A stretch of 63,364 nucleotides of DNA, filler included, from Octopus bimaculoides (Eukaryota): the NCBI RefSeq assembly GCF_001194135.2. It is 7 parts of 7 records of this genome, joined end to end, with 100 filler letters (N's around TTAATTAATTAA, not from the genome) between each part and the next. Parts side by side here need not be neighbours in the genome. Positions count along the whole stretch, not along the records: positions 1 to 8,154 come from NC_068999.1; positions 8,255 to 19,909 come from NC_068992.1; 5 more parts are not named here. The stretch is one strand, 5' to 3'. Positions 1 to 11,954 of this stretch are shown here, piece by piece. Below the pieces are notes generated by a model that was not told the origin of the DNA, searched no databases, and saw nothing but the letters and a program-made list of their open reading frames with translations. Each line of letters begins with the position of its first letter. Within the stretch, counting starts at the first letter, position 1. A program made the position numbers and the translations under genes.

Positions 1-330
1 GGCTGCTATGATAAACCCCTCTGTTTCTGATTTCAAGCCAGAGGCCATTAGCCATTGATGGGTAAGGGCGTTGTCAATATCTGCATTATTCGCTCTCTTT
101 GGGTATTTGCCATTGAGAGGTTTTCCATACCATTTTTCAGTCATAATATCTAAGGAAGCAATTTTAGCACGGGTTTTCAAGCGCTTAGCTTTTTCTGCAG
201 GTGTTTCTAGTTCGTCTAATTCTTGAATTTGTTGCAATTGGAATTCACTTAGATATTCCTTTGCCTGTTTTGTTACTGAGCAAGATGCTTTCTTGCTTTC
301 ATGTTTTGAGACAAGTTTTAGCATCCATAA
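1..330 (-). mobile_element. R4/Dong-like (RLE-type) non-LTR retrotransposon fragment, post-RT region; runs off the window start
   Basis: Manual minus-strand translation is open: MLKLVSKHESKKASCSVTKQAKEYL...KWYGKPLNGKYPKRANNADIDNALTHQWLMASGLKSETEGFIIAA. The W..KPL.GKY and L.SETEGFIIAA motifs are typical of R4/Dong ORFs. The 5' break abuts an (ATT)n tract. Confidence 0.85.
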
Positions 331-340
331 TAACAATAAA

Positions 341-410
<70 letters not shown>
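341..410. repeat. (ATT)n microsatellite
   Basis: Direct reading; source of the poly-Ile ORF 201-485. Confidence 0.98.
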
Positions 411-797
411 TTCACTAAATGTCCTCTGAATAATCTCTACTTCTACATCCACCGTCTTTTATTTTCCCCCTCTATAGTTGATTAAGTAATTTCCTTCCCA
501 GTAATGCTACTTGAGTTGCTTTGTACTACTAGTTGCTTTGCCTTATATCCGACCTTCTTATAAGCATGTATAGTGTTGTTATTATTATTTCTCAACAAAA
601 TATCCTGTACTTCGTTCTTCCATTGATTTGCATTAACATCAGTATACTAATATATCACAGGGTAATGATGTTTCATTTATCATATTTACATTCTTCGCTT
701 CAAATCAGTATGTTATTAATCTTAATATTTTTAATATAATCGTAAACAAAAAATATATATATATATGTATGTGTGTGTGTATGTGTATGTATGTATG

Positions 798-808
<11 letters not shown>

Positions 809-831
<23 letters not shown>

Positions 832-1132
832 AGAATTTAAGGAATGGAGAAAACGCATGTTATAATTGCATACTTTATTCCTACATATGTTTCAAAGGAT
901 TACAACCTGTGTGATCCATAGGGATCTTTGATATTAAAATTGTAACCTTCTCATCACGGAAAGCATGGGAATCATCTTAAACGTAAGACATTAGGTTACA
1001 ATTTTAATATCAAAGATCCCTATGGATCACACAGGTTGTAATCCTTTGAAACATATGTAGGAATAAAGTATGCAATTATAACATGCGTTTTCTCCATTCC
1101 TTAAATTCTTATATATATACATATATATATAT
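809..1132. repeat. Perfect foldback: 140-bp arms (809-948 / 993-1132), 44-nt spacer, TA-microsatellite ends; arms carry a hammerhead 3' half
   Basis: Arm-to-arm reverse complement checked by eye with no mismatch; 118 bp of each arm is non-microsatellite. Each arm, read outward, contains GAAAC-ATAT-GTA-GGAAT. Confidence 0.95.
878..961 (-). ncRNA. Type I hammerhead ribozyme, core mutated (G3 instead of C3)
   Basis: Minus strand: UUCC-GUGAUGA-[GAAGGUUACAA..UUGUAAUCCUUU]-GAAAC-AUAU-GUA-GGAA. Palindromic stem III ACAUAUGU; stem I UUCC/GGAA. Confidence 0.7.
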
Positions 1133-1727
1133 TTCTGCCTCAATCACCACTAGTTCTTTATTTTCCCCTTCTACAGTTAGCTAAGTAAATTCTTCTTAGT
1201 AATGTCACACTGGTTGTTGTTCGTACCTTCGGTAACTCCAACTAAGTATTTCCGATCTTCTCCTTGTAAGCGTGCACATTATTATCATTATTATTTCTCC
1301 ACTAAATATCCTGTACCTTGTTTTACCATTAACTAGCGTTAATATCCGTATAATAATATAATATATTACTAGGCTATGATGCTTTATTTATTTTTATATT
1401 TACTTTCTTCACTTCATATAAAGTATGTAATTAGTTTTTTCCTTAAGTAGAAAATTTTTATATTTGATTAACTCCTTTAGTTCTCTCCCTTCCTCCATTT
1501 TTGACTTAGCAATTAGCTTACGATTTAGTTCACTTTACTGAGATCTATTTTGCCCTCCTCCCCCTATTTTAATCATTTAATTAAAACCTTTAGCATTACG
1601 TTTACACCCCTCCCTTTATAACTCTATGTAAACAAGCGTTCTTACTTCTAACGGTAACTTACTTGGCCATGTAACATCTTAGCTCGTAAGTTACCACATC
1701 ATTTCGCATTTGTCTTGCTTTTATATG

Positions 1728-1822
1728 TTGATTCCCTGAAGATGAATATATGTGGAATTCCAGCCGCTCTTACTTATTTGGAGGAGAGCACACATATATT
1801 TTGAAACATGTGTAGGAATTAA
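1728..1822 (+). ncRNA. Type I minimal hammerhead ribozyme (Penelope pLTR type), predicted cleavage after A1814
   Basis: Stem I UUGAUUCC(1728-1735)/GGAAUUAA(1815-1822); CUGAAGA 1736-1742; stem II UGAAUAUAUGUG/CACAUAUAUUUU; GAAAC 1803-1807; short stem III ACA/UGU; GUA triplet 1812-1814. Confidence 0.85.
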
Positions 1823-3069
1823 AGGAACTTTTATTTATATGCATTTTGCTCCATTTATTGTTATTATTCATATCTTCTCAAAATGCATCACTTCAACTTG
1901 GTATCTCTACCTATAAAACGGCTGTGATATCCTGGTTTTTTGTGTAATTTTTGCTACCTATGGTAACTATTAACATATTTACATTGTCAAAGGTTTTTCT
2001 AAAACTGAAATAATATTAATATATAGATAAACTAATATATATATATATANNNNNNNNNNNNNNNNNNNNNNNNNNNNNNNNNNNNNNNNNNNNNNNNNNN
2101 NNNNNNNNNNNNNNNNNNNNNNNNNNNNNNNNNNNNNNNNNNNNNNNNNNNNNNNNNNNNNNNNNNNNNNNNNNNNNNNNNNNNNNNNNNNNNNNNNNNN
2201 NNNNNNNNNNNNNNNNNNNNNNNNNNNNNNNNNNNNNNNNNNNNNNNNNNNNNNNNNNNNNNNNNNNNNNNNNNNNNNNNNNNNNNNNNNNNNNNNNNNN
2301 NNNNNNNNNNNNNNNNNNNNNNNNNNNNNNNNNNNNNNNNNNNNNNNNNNNNNNNNNNNNNNNNNNNNNNNNNNNNNNNNNNNNNNNNNNNNNNNNNNNN
2401 NNNNNNNNNNNNNNNNNNNNNNNNNNNNNNNNNNNNNNNNNNNNNNNNNNNNNNNNNNNNNNNNNNNNNNNNNNNNNNNNNNNNNNNNNNNNNNNNNNNN
2501 NNNNNNNNNNNNNNNNNNNNNNNNNNNNNNNNNNNNNNNNNNNNNNNNNNNNNNNNNNNNNNNNNNNNNNNNNNNNNNNNNNNNNNNNNNNNNNNNNNNN
2601 NNNNNNNNNNNNNNNNNNNNNNNNNNNNNNNNNNNNNNNNNNNNNNNNNNNNNNNNNNNNNNNNNNNNNNNNNNNNNNNNNNNNNNNNNNNNNNNNNNNN
2701 NNNNNNNNNNNNNNNNNNNNNNNNNNNNNNNNNNNNNNNNNNNNNNNNNNNNNNNNNNNNNNNNNNNNNNNNNNNNNNNNNNNNNNNNNNNNNNNNNNNN
2801 NNNNNNNNNNNNNNNNNNNNNNNNNNNNNNNNNNNNNNNNNNNNNNNNNNNNNNNNNNNNNNNNNNNNNNNNNNNNNNNNNNNNNNNNNNNNNNNNNNNN
2901 NNNNNNNNNNNNNNNNNNNNNNNNNNNNNNNNNNNNNNNNNNNNNNNNNNNNNNNNNNNNNNNNNNNNNNNNNNNNNNNNNTATACATATATATATATAT
3001 AATATTAATAAAATAATAATAATATTAATAAAATAATAACAGAAATAACAATACCTATAATCATACGCT

Positions 3070-6060
3070 AATTGGATTTACAATATAGAACTGTGATGAA
3101 TCATAAATTGGAATCCTACCAAAAGATCACTTGGATTTCTTCACTAATCTAACTAATACTGCTAGCCTGGTGTGCCAACAGAGAGTTTCAGCGAGTATTT
3201 TGCCCGGTTTGATAATCCCTCACTATTTGTTGTTTTAACATTTCACATGCTTACTTATTGTAAGCTTAGAACAAAATACTTCGATAAGAGAAAATTTATA
3301 TATAGACACATCACTCAAGGACATCCCCCTACCACTCAAGAAAGAATTCATTAAATCCATGTTCGAAATAGACCAACGCGTTTTTAAAGAAGAATCAGGT
3401 GGAAAGCATACCACTCAAAGAAGGAAAACCGGAGTGATACGAAGAATGAAACAAAAGCAGACTGAAAGAATGAATTTAGAAGCAGAAGAAACCCTGCCTT
3501 CAACCCGCATGTGGCTGAGTTTGAAGAAGAGATATGGAACATTATTGGGAACATAAAATTTCATAAACGGAATCCACACCTCAGGAAATTACACCAAATA
3601 TGCAAAGAGATTAACAGAAAATCTGGCATACTAGTGCACTCGGATAAAACAGAAAATGTATACCATATGGATTATAAGGATTGCAACAACCTAATTAGAA
3701 AGGGGATTTTAAAGGACTATAGGATTACAACAGAATTCATTGCTTGATATTAATACGGCAACCAATCGGATTATATGCGAACTTGGTATAGATGACAGAA
3801 CTGAACCGTACAAACCTAGGACTCCGCAGATTACATTAAAGGCTCACAAACCCAACTTTGCAGCCAAACCCACGGTCAGGCTTATATACCCGTCCAAGAC
3901 GGACATAAGAAGATTAAGTAAAATAATCATCGACAGGCACATACCTACCCTTAGGAATGAAGTTAAGCAAGATTTATGTTCTAATTCTTTTGAAGTAATA
4001 CGCTTGTTTAGGAACATTAGAGATTAAGAGAACACTAAGCTTATACAGATAGACATCTCTAATCATTACGCCTCCACAAATCCTGTACTGCTAAACAAGG
4101 CACTTATATTTGCTAAGAAATATACTAGGTTGATTAGGGAAGGAATAGATATTATAACTGAGGCTAGGAAAACGATAATAGAGTATGATGGAAAACTATG
4201 GGCTCGAAAGGATAGACCGAATAACTTCGATCAAGCTATGGGTTCGAGTGACCCGGTCAAAGTTACAGATCTAGTGGGCATCTATATCTTTAAACTACAT
4301 AGGGACTGAATTTCCGGAAATGCGGGTGGATTATATAGGGACGACGCACTATTTGCCGTGCATAACTGTAACAACAGATTATTAGAGAAGTATAGGGAAC
4401 AGATAAATAAACTTTTTAAATGATTAGGACTGAAGGTTTTGATAGAAACAGAGTATAGTAAGGTTAATTTTTCCCGATGCCACGCTCGACTTTAGAACAG
4501 GACTGCATTACCCGTTCCATAAACAAAATCAGAATCTAAAATAGGTAAATAGGGGACCGAACCACCCGAAAAGCATAATAAACTCTATCCCTATGGGGGT
4601 GTCAGCTAGAATATTTCGGTTATCAACAAACGGGACACATTTAATAGGCACGTAGGTTACTATAATTTAGCATTAGATGAGGCTGGCTATATTGGGAAAA
4701 TCAAATACATACATGAAGGTGGTTCAGTGACCGAAAAAGATATAACCTCATGTACAGAACTTAACTTAAGTACAAGGAGGAGGGGTAACTGTGGAGTCAC
4801 AACAAATGATAAGTTGAATAGTTGCAAGCGAAAATCAAACTAAAAAAATAACCCTACAGTAGAACCCCAAAAGGGTGTGACGCCCCTGATATTTAGCAAA
4901 AATAGCAAGAATATGAAACATACACGACAGGATAGACTTGTGGAAGGAATCTGTGACCCACTTGAAGGCAAGCAAAAATAAAGCCCCTCTTAAGGATAGC
5001 CAAAATAGGAAGAGGGGGACAAGTGAATTAGACACTAGGGCTAGTGATCGAGATGGAAGGGACGGTAGATATAAACGACAACATCGTAATCTGAATAATG
5101 CAGGGAAGATATAAATGACGGCAGATATAAATGACAACATTGTAAGCTGAATAATACGGGGAAGATAAAACGAAAGATATATAACCACAAGATGAATAGG
5201 AAAAATAAACATACAGAAACTATCTGGTTTAATGCCCCATTTGGGGTCCAAATAGATACAAATATTCTCAGAAAATGTTTTGCAGCCTTAGACAAGAATT
5301 TCCCTCCCTCGAGCAGGCATAAGAGATTATTTAACGGACACCCCGTAAGGTTTGCCTACTCCCCTACTAGAAACCTAGCACAAGTCATAGCGTTCAACAA
5401 CACCCGTAGATTAAGGGAATTAGAAAACTCAAAATTGACAGACCTCGAGAGGAATAGAATAAGAATTAGAAAACTCAAAATCGACAGACCTCGAGAGGAA
5501 TAGAATAGGTAACTATAAAAGCAGTAAGGCCAAAGTTAAGACTAATAGGGAGGACAAGATCAATAAAAATAATAGTGGAAACGGCAAGAACAGTGGCAGT
5601 GGTGGTAACGGTAATGACAATAGTAGTAATGATAAGAATAATGACGGTAATGACAATTGTGGAAATAACTCTAAAAGTAGCAGCAATAGTAAGGAAAGTG
5701 CCAGTTGTAACTGTAGAGAAAGTAGAGAATGTGTGTCAAACAAATCTTGCTTAGAAAGGAACGTAGTATATGAATGTGGAGTAGTTACCCAGAATGCTAC
5801 GGTATTATAACTACATTTCGTCATTTAGGCATGAGAATAAAGAAAATGTGACATCACTTAGCAAGTTAATATGGCAACATAGGGAGGAAAAAGTAGAATA
5901 TGGACTGAAATGGTCAATCCTCAGTAGAGCTAAACCTTATGAAATAGGTAGAACGAGATACGAACTTTGCCTAGAGGATTCGTAACTTTATTAACCGTAA
6001 GCAGGAATTAGGGTTAAGGTGTAAACATTTTTTAAAAATAAATCATTTAGCAGGTCCCCT
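3070..6060 (+). mobile_element. Decayed Penelope-like retroelement (RT + linker + GIY-YIG endonuclease), multiple stops and frameshifts
   Basis: ORF pieces in order: SDKTENVY; ITLKAHKPNFAAKPTVRLIYPSK; DISNHYAS; QAMGS; catalytic GLYRDD (YRDD 4334-4345); HPKSII; WFNAPF...FPPSSRHKRLFN...FAYS; CNC-x4-C...VVYEC; RYYNYISSFRH...TSLSKLIW...KWSIL...AKPY...ELCLE; LLNRKQEL. This is PLE domain order. Confidence 0.93.
5417..5508 (+). repeat. 46-bp tandem duplication inside the Penelope linker
   Basis: gaattagaaaactcaaaat(t/c)gacagacctcgagaggaatagaata(a/g) occurs twice (5417-5462, 5463-5508). Confidence 0.95.
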
Positions 6061-6220
6061 GAGATGGGTATAATGACGAGGTGATAAATGTGAATTACCT
6101 AATTTTTTATGTATATGTTTATAGGTCTTCTAATTAAAATTAGCTTCATTTTGCTGTGCTTAATTTATTTTACCTAGGTTATATTTTATATTTCATATCT
6201 ATAAGTATGTCTGTATGCGT

Positions 6221-6345
<125 letters not shown>

Positions 6346-6395
6346 TAGGTGTGTGTGTGTCTAGGTGTGGATGCTTAAACGTATGTGTACATATA

Positions 6396-7711
6396 CAGGG
6401 TGTCCAAAAAGTTTCGCCCGATTCTTATTTTGAAAACTATTGTAGGTTTATCAATTAATTTTATTGCATAGAACAATGATGAATAATAACTACAAATGAA
6501 ACAAGGATGCAACAATGATAACTACGAGCGAAATGGTTCAAACTGTTCTCCATTGTTTTCGATACAGGAAAGCAAACGCGAAGTAACGCTACGACAAGTC
6601 TTTTGGCACAATTCCACGTCGATTGTGGGGAATTGCTCGTTAATAACTCGACGAGGATCAGCAATGCTTCGCGGTTTCTCTTTGTATACCATGTCTTTAA
6701 GAACACCCTGAGAAAGAAATCCATAGGGGTTAAATTGGATGAACGCGCTGGCCATTCGATCGGTCCATGCCGTCTAATCCATCTGCCATTAAAATTGATG
6801 TCATGCCATTCACGAACACAATGCCCATAATGAGGTGGAGCCCCATCCTGTTGGAAGCAAATGTCTCTTTGTTGTTGCACTTGAGGAAAGAAGATTTGAA
6901 GCATGTTGAAGCACCGTTCTCCAGTGACTGCCTCATCGAAGAAGAATGGGCCGGTAATCTCATTGCATAAAATCGCAGCCCAGACAGTTACTCCTGGGAG
7001 GTTAACTTCCTTGTCCAATACCACATGTGCATTTTCATGAGGTTAACTTCCTTCTCCATTACCACATGTGGATTTTCATGACTCCAATACGAGCAATTAT
7101 GTTTATTAATGTGACCGTTTGATTTAAAGCACCTTCCATCTGACCACCAAATCTTATCCTGTAAAGTTTCATCATCGTGCATCAAGACAAAGAATATGTC
7201 CGAAAACTCAAGTCTGCGATCAGCATCTCCAACGTGCAGAGCATGGAACAGGCGAGGAATGTAGGGCTTTAAATTCCTTTTACGCAACACGTTATGTACA
7301 CTATGATGATTGATTTCGAGTTCACTAGATAGGCGCCAAACAGATTTCTGCGGACTGTTGATTAGACTAGCTTCCAACTGTTCACCTTTTTCATCAGATG
7401 TTGCAGTAGCGGGTCGTCCAGATCTGAGTGCGTCGTTTACAGAGCCCGTTGTTTCAAACTTGTTAACGATTGACTTGATGTTCCTGCCCTGAACCGCATG
7501 AATAGGAAATTCTTCACTGAGGTAACGACTTGCCTCAGCTGCATGCGAGCCACACAGTTAGTAATGTCTGACAGCAGCAATTCGTTGATTCCGATTCAGT
7601 AAAAGCCATGTTCCTCGAAGCCTCGAAGACGAATCTGCAATAGTACAATAATAATACAATAATAGATTGTACAATAAAATACAAATCGGGCGAAACTTTC
7701 TGGACAACCTG
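6396..7711 (-). mobile_element. Full-length (1316 bp) Tc1/mariner DNA transposon, DD41D (rosa/Visitor) type, transposase frameshifted
   Basis: 28-bp TIRs CAGG(G/T)TGTCCA(A/G)AAAGTTTCGCCCGATT at 6396-6423 and 7684-7711 (2 mismatches), TA on both sides. Minus-strand transposase pieces: SGRPATAT, WWSD, GHINKHNCSYWS, VTVWAA, FQQDGAPPH...WPARSSNLTPMDFFL, LKDMVY. I count 41 residues between the 2nd and 3rd Asp. Confidence 0.95.
6999..7080. repeat. 41-bp tandem duplication inside the DD41D transposase (frameshifting)
   Basis: aggttaacttcctt(g/c)tcca(a/t)taccacatgtg(c/g)attttcatg at 6999-7039 and 7040-7080, 3 mismatches. Confidence 0.95.
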
Positions 7712-7735
7712 TATATACATATAAAGAATCGTTCA

Positions 7736-8015
7736 TCATAGAACAAACATCAAATTCAAGTTAACAACTTTATATATAATACCACACCTCCAAACATTTG
7801 ATCATATATAAAGATTACCATGGTTCTTAAACATATAAAGTATGCGTATATAAAAAAACACAGAAGGCAAAAATATATATGCGAATAAAAAATAGATATA
7901 TAGAACGGCCTATCAAAAAGGTATATACAATCGACTAAAAATTCTATGACAAAATGTTTGGAGGTATGGTGTTATATATAAAGTCGTTGACTCGAATTTG
8001 ATGTTTCTTCTATGA
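7736..8015. mobile_element. MITE-like foldback element with 71-bp terminal inverted repeats
   Basis: 7736-7806 versus the reverse complement of 7945-8015: 63/71 identical, no indels; 138-bp AT-rich non-coding interior. Confidence 0.8.
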
Positions 8016-8117
8016 TCAATGTTTCTTTATCTCTGTCTCAATTACAGTTGAGCACTTCTTTTTTGCAGTCCTATAAATCCTTTTGTTTCCATAAAAAGAG
8101 ACAAAAATTATTTCTTG

Positions 8118-8154
<37 letters not shown>

Positions 8155-8254
8155 NNNNNNNNNNNNNNNNNNNNNNNNNNNNNNNNNNNNNNNNNNNNTT
8201 AATTAATTAANNNNNNNNNNNNNNNNNNNNNNNNNNNNNNNNNNNNNNNNNNNN
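8155..8254. other. Artificial contig spacer 44N-TTAATTAATTAA-44N (12-mer also at 19954, 24272, 31977, 54380, 56029)
   Basis: The same 12-mer, which has stops in all six frames, is centred in N runs six times; the first spacer totals exactly 100 bp. Confidence 0.97.
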
Positions 8255-8619
8255 TGTGTATGTATGTGTGTGTTTGTGTGTGTGTGTGTATGTATGTGTG
8301 TGTTTGTGTGTGTGTGTGTATGTATGTGTGTGTTTGTGTGTGTGTGTGTGTGTATGTGTGTGTGTGTGTGCGTATGTACTTATATACAGATTTAAGTATG
8401 TACCTGACGTTATGGGGGACTATATTGGAGGACTTGCGCCTGAGGAGTAAGTCCTCCTTGACATTAGTAGTCATTCTCTAGGACAAACTACAATGCCCTC
8501 TCTGGCATAATATTAGACAAAAAATAAAATAAAATTTTGAAAAATTAATTTCATAATCTACATGTGTCTGCACAGTTTCCCACAGGGAAAATTTGAATTT
8601 CTTTTAAAAATATCATGCG

Positions 8620-8660
<41 letters not shown>

Positions 8661-8666
8661 TTGAAG

Positions 8667-8730
8667 AAAAGCAACAAAAATGTATTAGGTTATAGCAGTA
8701 CGTACGTTTCGTGCAAACTTCATTTATTTA
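8667..8730 (-). ncRNA. Hammerhead 3'-half remnant (GAAAC-GUAC-GUA-CUGC family), 5' core absent
   Basis: Minus strand: auaaauaaaugaaguuugcac GAAACGUACGUA CUGCUAUAACC, palindromic stem III ACGUACGU. Homologous to 32073-32140. No upstream CUGANGA; a SINE tail follows at 8732. Confidence 0.55.
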
Positions 8731-11078
8731 TGCTCCAGCATGACTACAGCCACTTGGCTGAAACCCATAATAAATAAATATATACATATACATATACATA
8801 NNNNNNNNNNNNNNNNNNNNNNNNNNNNNNNNNNNNNNNNNNNNNTATACACACACATATTTATATGTATATTATGGGTTGATATGGTTCACTCCATTGC
8901 TGCACACCGTTTTATTCCATGTGTAGTTAGTCAAACAATAACGAAATGAAGTAAGAGGAAAACATGTTTAGGTTAAAATATGTTAGAAAATCAAGTATAT
9001 ATATATATATATTCTAGTATATAAAGTAAAATTTTCAAAACTAAATACCGTGCATATATAATTTACGTGGAATGGAAACGTTGCAACTAAAATAACCGAT
9101 AATTATCTTACTCTCGCTAAAGGAAAACATAATTTGAAAATGATGTCATTATGCACAAAAAATCTTATTCGCACAGTTTATTCATTTGTGTGATATGATT
9201 GAATTCAGTATCAATATGTATCTGATGAAGATTATATATATTTTTGAAGCTCATCTAATTATAAATATGATTTAGAAGATGATCAAACAGCATGCGTTCG
9301 TGGCAGAGCTGGCAATATGAAGAAAATGTTCTATTCATACGAATACATTAACAGATATGGAAAAAATATATGTAGAACATATTTTTTCTGGAAAATAATT
9401 TGATATTTTAAAAGGCAATCAAACAAAAGAAAGTTGAAATATACAATATAATTAATAGATGATGGGCTACCTTGGTAAATGATGAAAGACGATAAGTAAC
9501 AAGGTCCACAATCTTATATAATCAATAACGTTTGTGTAAATTTTTTCACATGTTACGTATCTATGAACTGTAATAGAAAAAACATTCCAATGATGCTAAA
9601 GATCCATTTTAATAATATTATATGAGTTTTATACAGGTGTGTGTGTATGTGTGTGTGATTGGCCATTGAATTCTATTTCAACACTATTTACTTTGTATTA
9701 ACCATTAATGTTTTCGTTGCTGGGGGAGTACTTGAATGCTTCGGATCTATCGTGTAACTGATATTTGCATTATATTATACCGTCATCTTGAAGAGTGAGT
9801 TGATCGTACTTATGCAGCAAGATAGACAAAACAAGCCAAATTTATATGCAGATATGAGACCAGTAAATGAAATATGAGAGATCTAATTGCAAGCACCTAA
9901 CAACATGAAGGTTTTATCCGTGTTGTTGGTAATATTTGTCTTTTTTTATTTTCTATTTATTGGTAGGGAATGCGTTTGAACTGAGTATTAGAGAATAACT
10001 TTACGTATGGGTTATTGGAGATTTTTTTACATGGCTGTTTCAGTCCTTATAGCATTAAAACTTTCACACCCAAATAAGGTTACCGTTATCCCTCATTTCG
10101 AACGTAGTCTGATGGCTTACATCTATGTTTTTACTCACCAAGCATCAGCTATTATGCCATTTGACATATTTCGAATACCGAGATTGGAGAAATCATATCA
10201 TTGTTTACGTTTACCCTTTATAGTTGTATACTTGCAGATATATAGTTGGAAACACTCAGATGGAAAGAATAGCTCACGCTTGTATAATACAATTTGGTTG
10301 TTGATATTGGATTTAACTACACTGAAGCACTAGAGAAAAGGGAATAAGTAATTAATGTATCAGATTTGCTTAGGTTTATGGATTATTAGTTCAGACAAAC
10401 AAAACATATTACTATAAATGTTGATAATGTTTAGATATAGAGGAGAACGATTATCAAATGGACTTCAAACATTCTTATTAATAACTATATTCGTTTATTA
10501 TATCTTTAAAATGACAGTGATTCGGGTGCCAGTGGTTAGATCAGTATAGCAGATGTGGCTCTGACTGAAAGAAAAGTAGAGCAGATATTTTGAGAAGGTA
10601 CAGAAAAAGTAATTATCGCAAATCAATATCTAGATGTAAATTGAGAAGTTTGTCTGTAACAGCACCGCACTCCACTATTCGTTTATAATCATAAAAATCG
10701 AGTGGCAGAGAAACTCTCTGGAACATTATCAACGTGAACACATCTCATGGATTTGGTTTGATGTTGAATAAGATCAGTATACAATGACATTCAACTGGCT
10801 AAGGTATGTTACTGGGAATGACAGAGACCGCTGTGACATACATGATGCAAAAGCCCATAGCAAACTCGTGGAGTGATACTTTCAGCACTTTCGGTGTGGT
10901 AATTCACAGAGCCAAGTACACACACACGCACACTCACACATACACACATCTATATATACAGGAATATGTGTATTTATTTATGTATCTATCAATTCATATA
11001 CATACTCACGGTGGTGCACCAGCATGACCGCAGCCACTTGGCTGAAACACATAAATAAATAAATAAAAATACATAAAT

Positions 11079-11120
<42 letters not shown>

Positions 11121-11700
11121 CATAAAGGTGTAAGATCTTGTTTACACGTGGTTGTAGATATTTAGGAAGGAAAAAATATGTAGAAACGCACAGGAGGTTT
11201 GTATAATAAAATTTATGCTAATATTAATATCATGAAAAAAGATGTATTACAACATTATATAATAAAATAACCTGGGAGTATCAGTTTCGCGTATTACGCT
11301 TATCAAACATCCACAGTCTCAGGTTTATGTGGACACCATTTTTGTTTTTGATAATAACGTTTGCACTCAAGTGGTGTAACTCTTCAATGTATCTGAAAAT
11401 TACCTAGTTTCAAAATTTTTCCCCCTCTATCAGTTCAGGGACGATGCAAACTGTAGTCAGCGCATTAGTAAAGAATCCAGCTTCATCCTAAAATATAAAC
11501 CCCTTTTGTATGCGTCCACCACAAATGAAACTATTACTCAAGCAAATATCAAAAAACGATATATTCAGAACAGTCACTACCCATGAATTTATTCAGAACA
11601 ATTTCAATCACTACTATTACAACCACAACGGATGACTTTTAGGTCATTTGACTATTCAAGAGGATTCCACCAACATCCTACTATTGCTATACCACTCCGT

Positions 11701-11797
11701 ATTCTTCTTCTTCTTCTTCTTCTTCTTCTTCTTCTTCTTCTTCTTCTTCTTCTTCTTCTTCTTCTTCTTCTTCTTCTTCTTCTTCTTCTTCTTCTTC
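11701..11797. repeat. (TTC)n microsatellite
   Basis: Direct reading; source of the poly-L and poly-F ORFs. Confidence 0.98.
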
Positions 11798-11954
11798 TCC
11801 TTCTTCTCCTTCTTCGCCTCCTTTCTTATCTACTACTGCTGCTTAAACAATCAAAATCAAGAATTCATATCAAATATTAGGACTAACGCTATCTGCTGCC
11901 CACTACCTAGAACCGACATGGAGATAAAAAAGAGAGACAGAAGAATGGAAACAA

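Larger units (their letters stand above)
455..1430. repeat. Pair of diverged direct repeats (~455-720 and ~1158-1430) flanking the foldback; possibly Penelope pLTR-derived
   Basis: Shared blocks in the same order, e.g. ttattttccccctctatagtt / ttattttccccttctacagtt; ttattatttctcaacaaaatatcctgtac / ttattatttctccactaaatatcctgtac; atatttacattcttcgcttca / atatttactttcttcacttca. Confidence 0.6.

Noticed and set aside
1200-1280. Minus-strand DRKYLVGVTEG resembling a GIY-YIG YIG.TEG motif
   Set aside because: Surrounding residues do not continue the domain, and the paralogous repeat at 455-720 lacks it.
10007-10333. 108-aa ORF without repeats
   Set aside because: No recognisable motif or splice context; length is compatible with chance.
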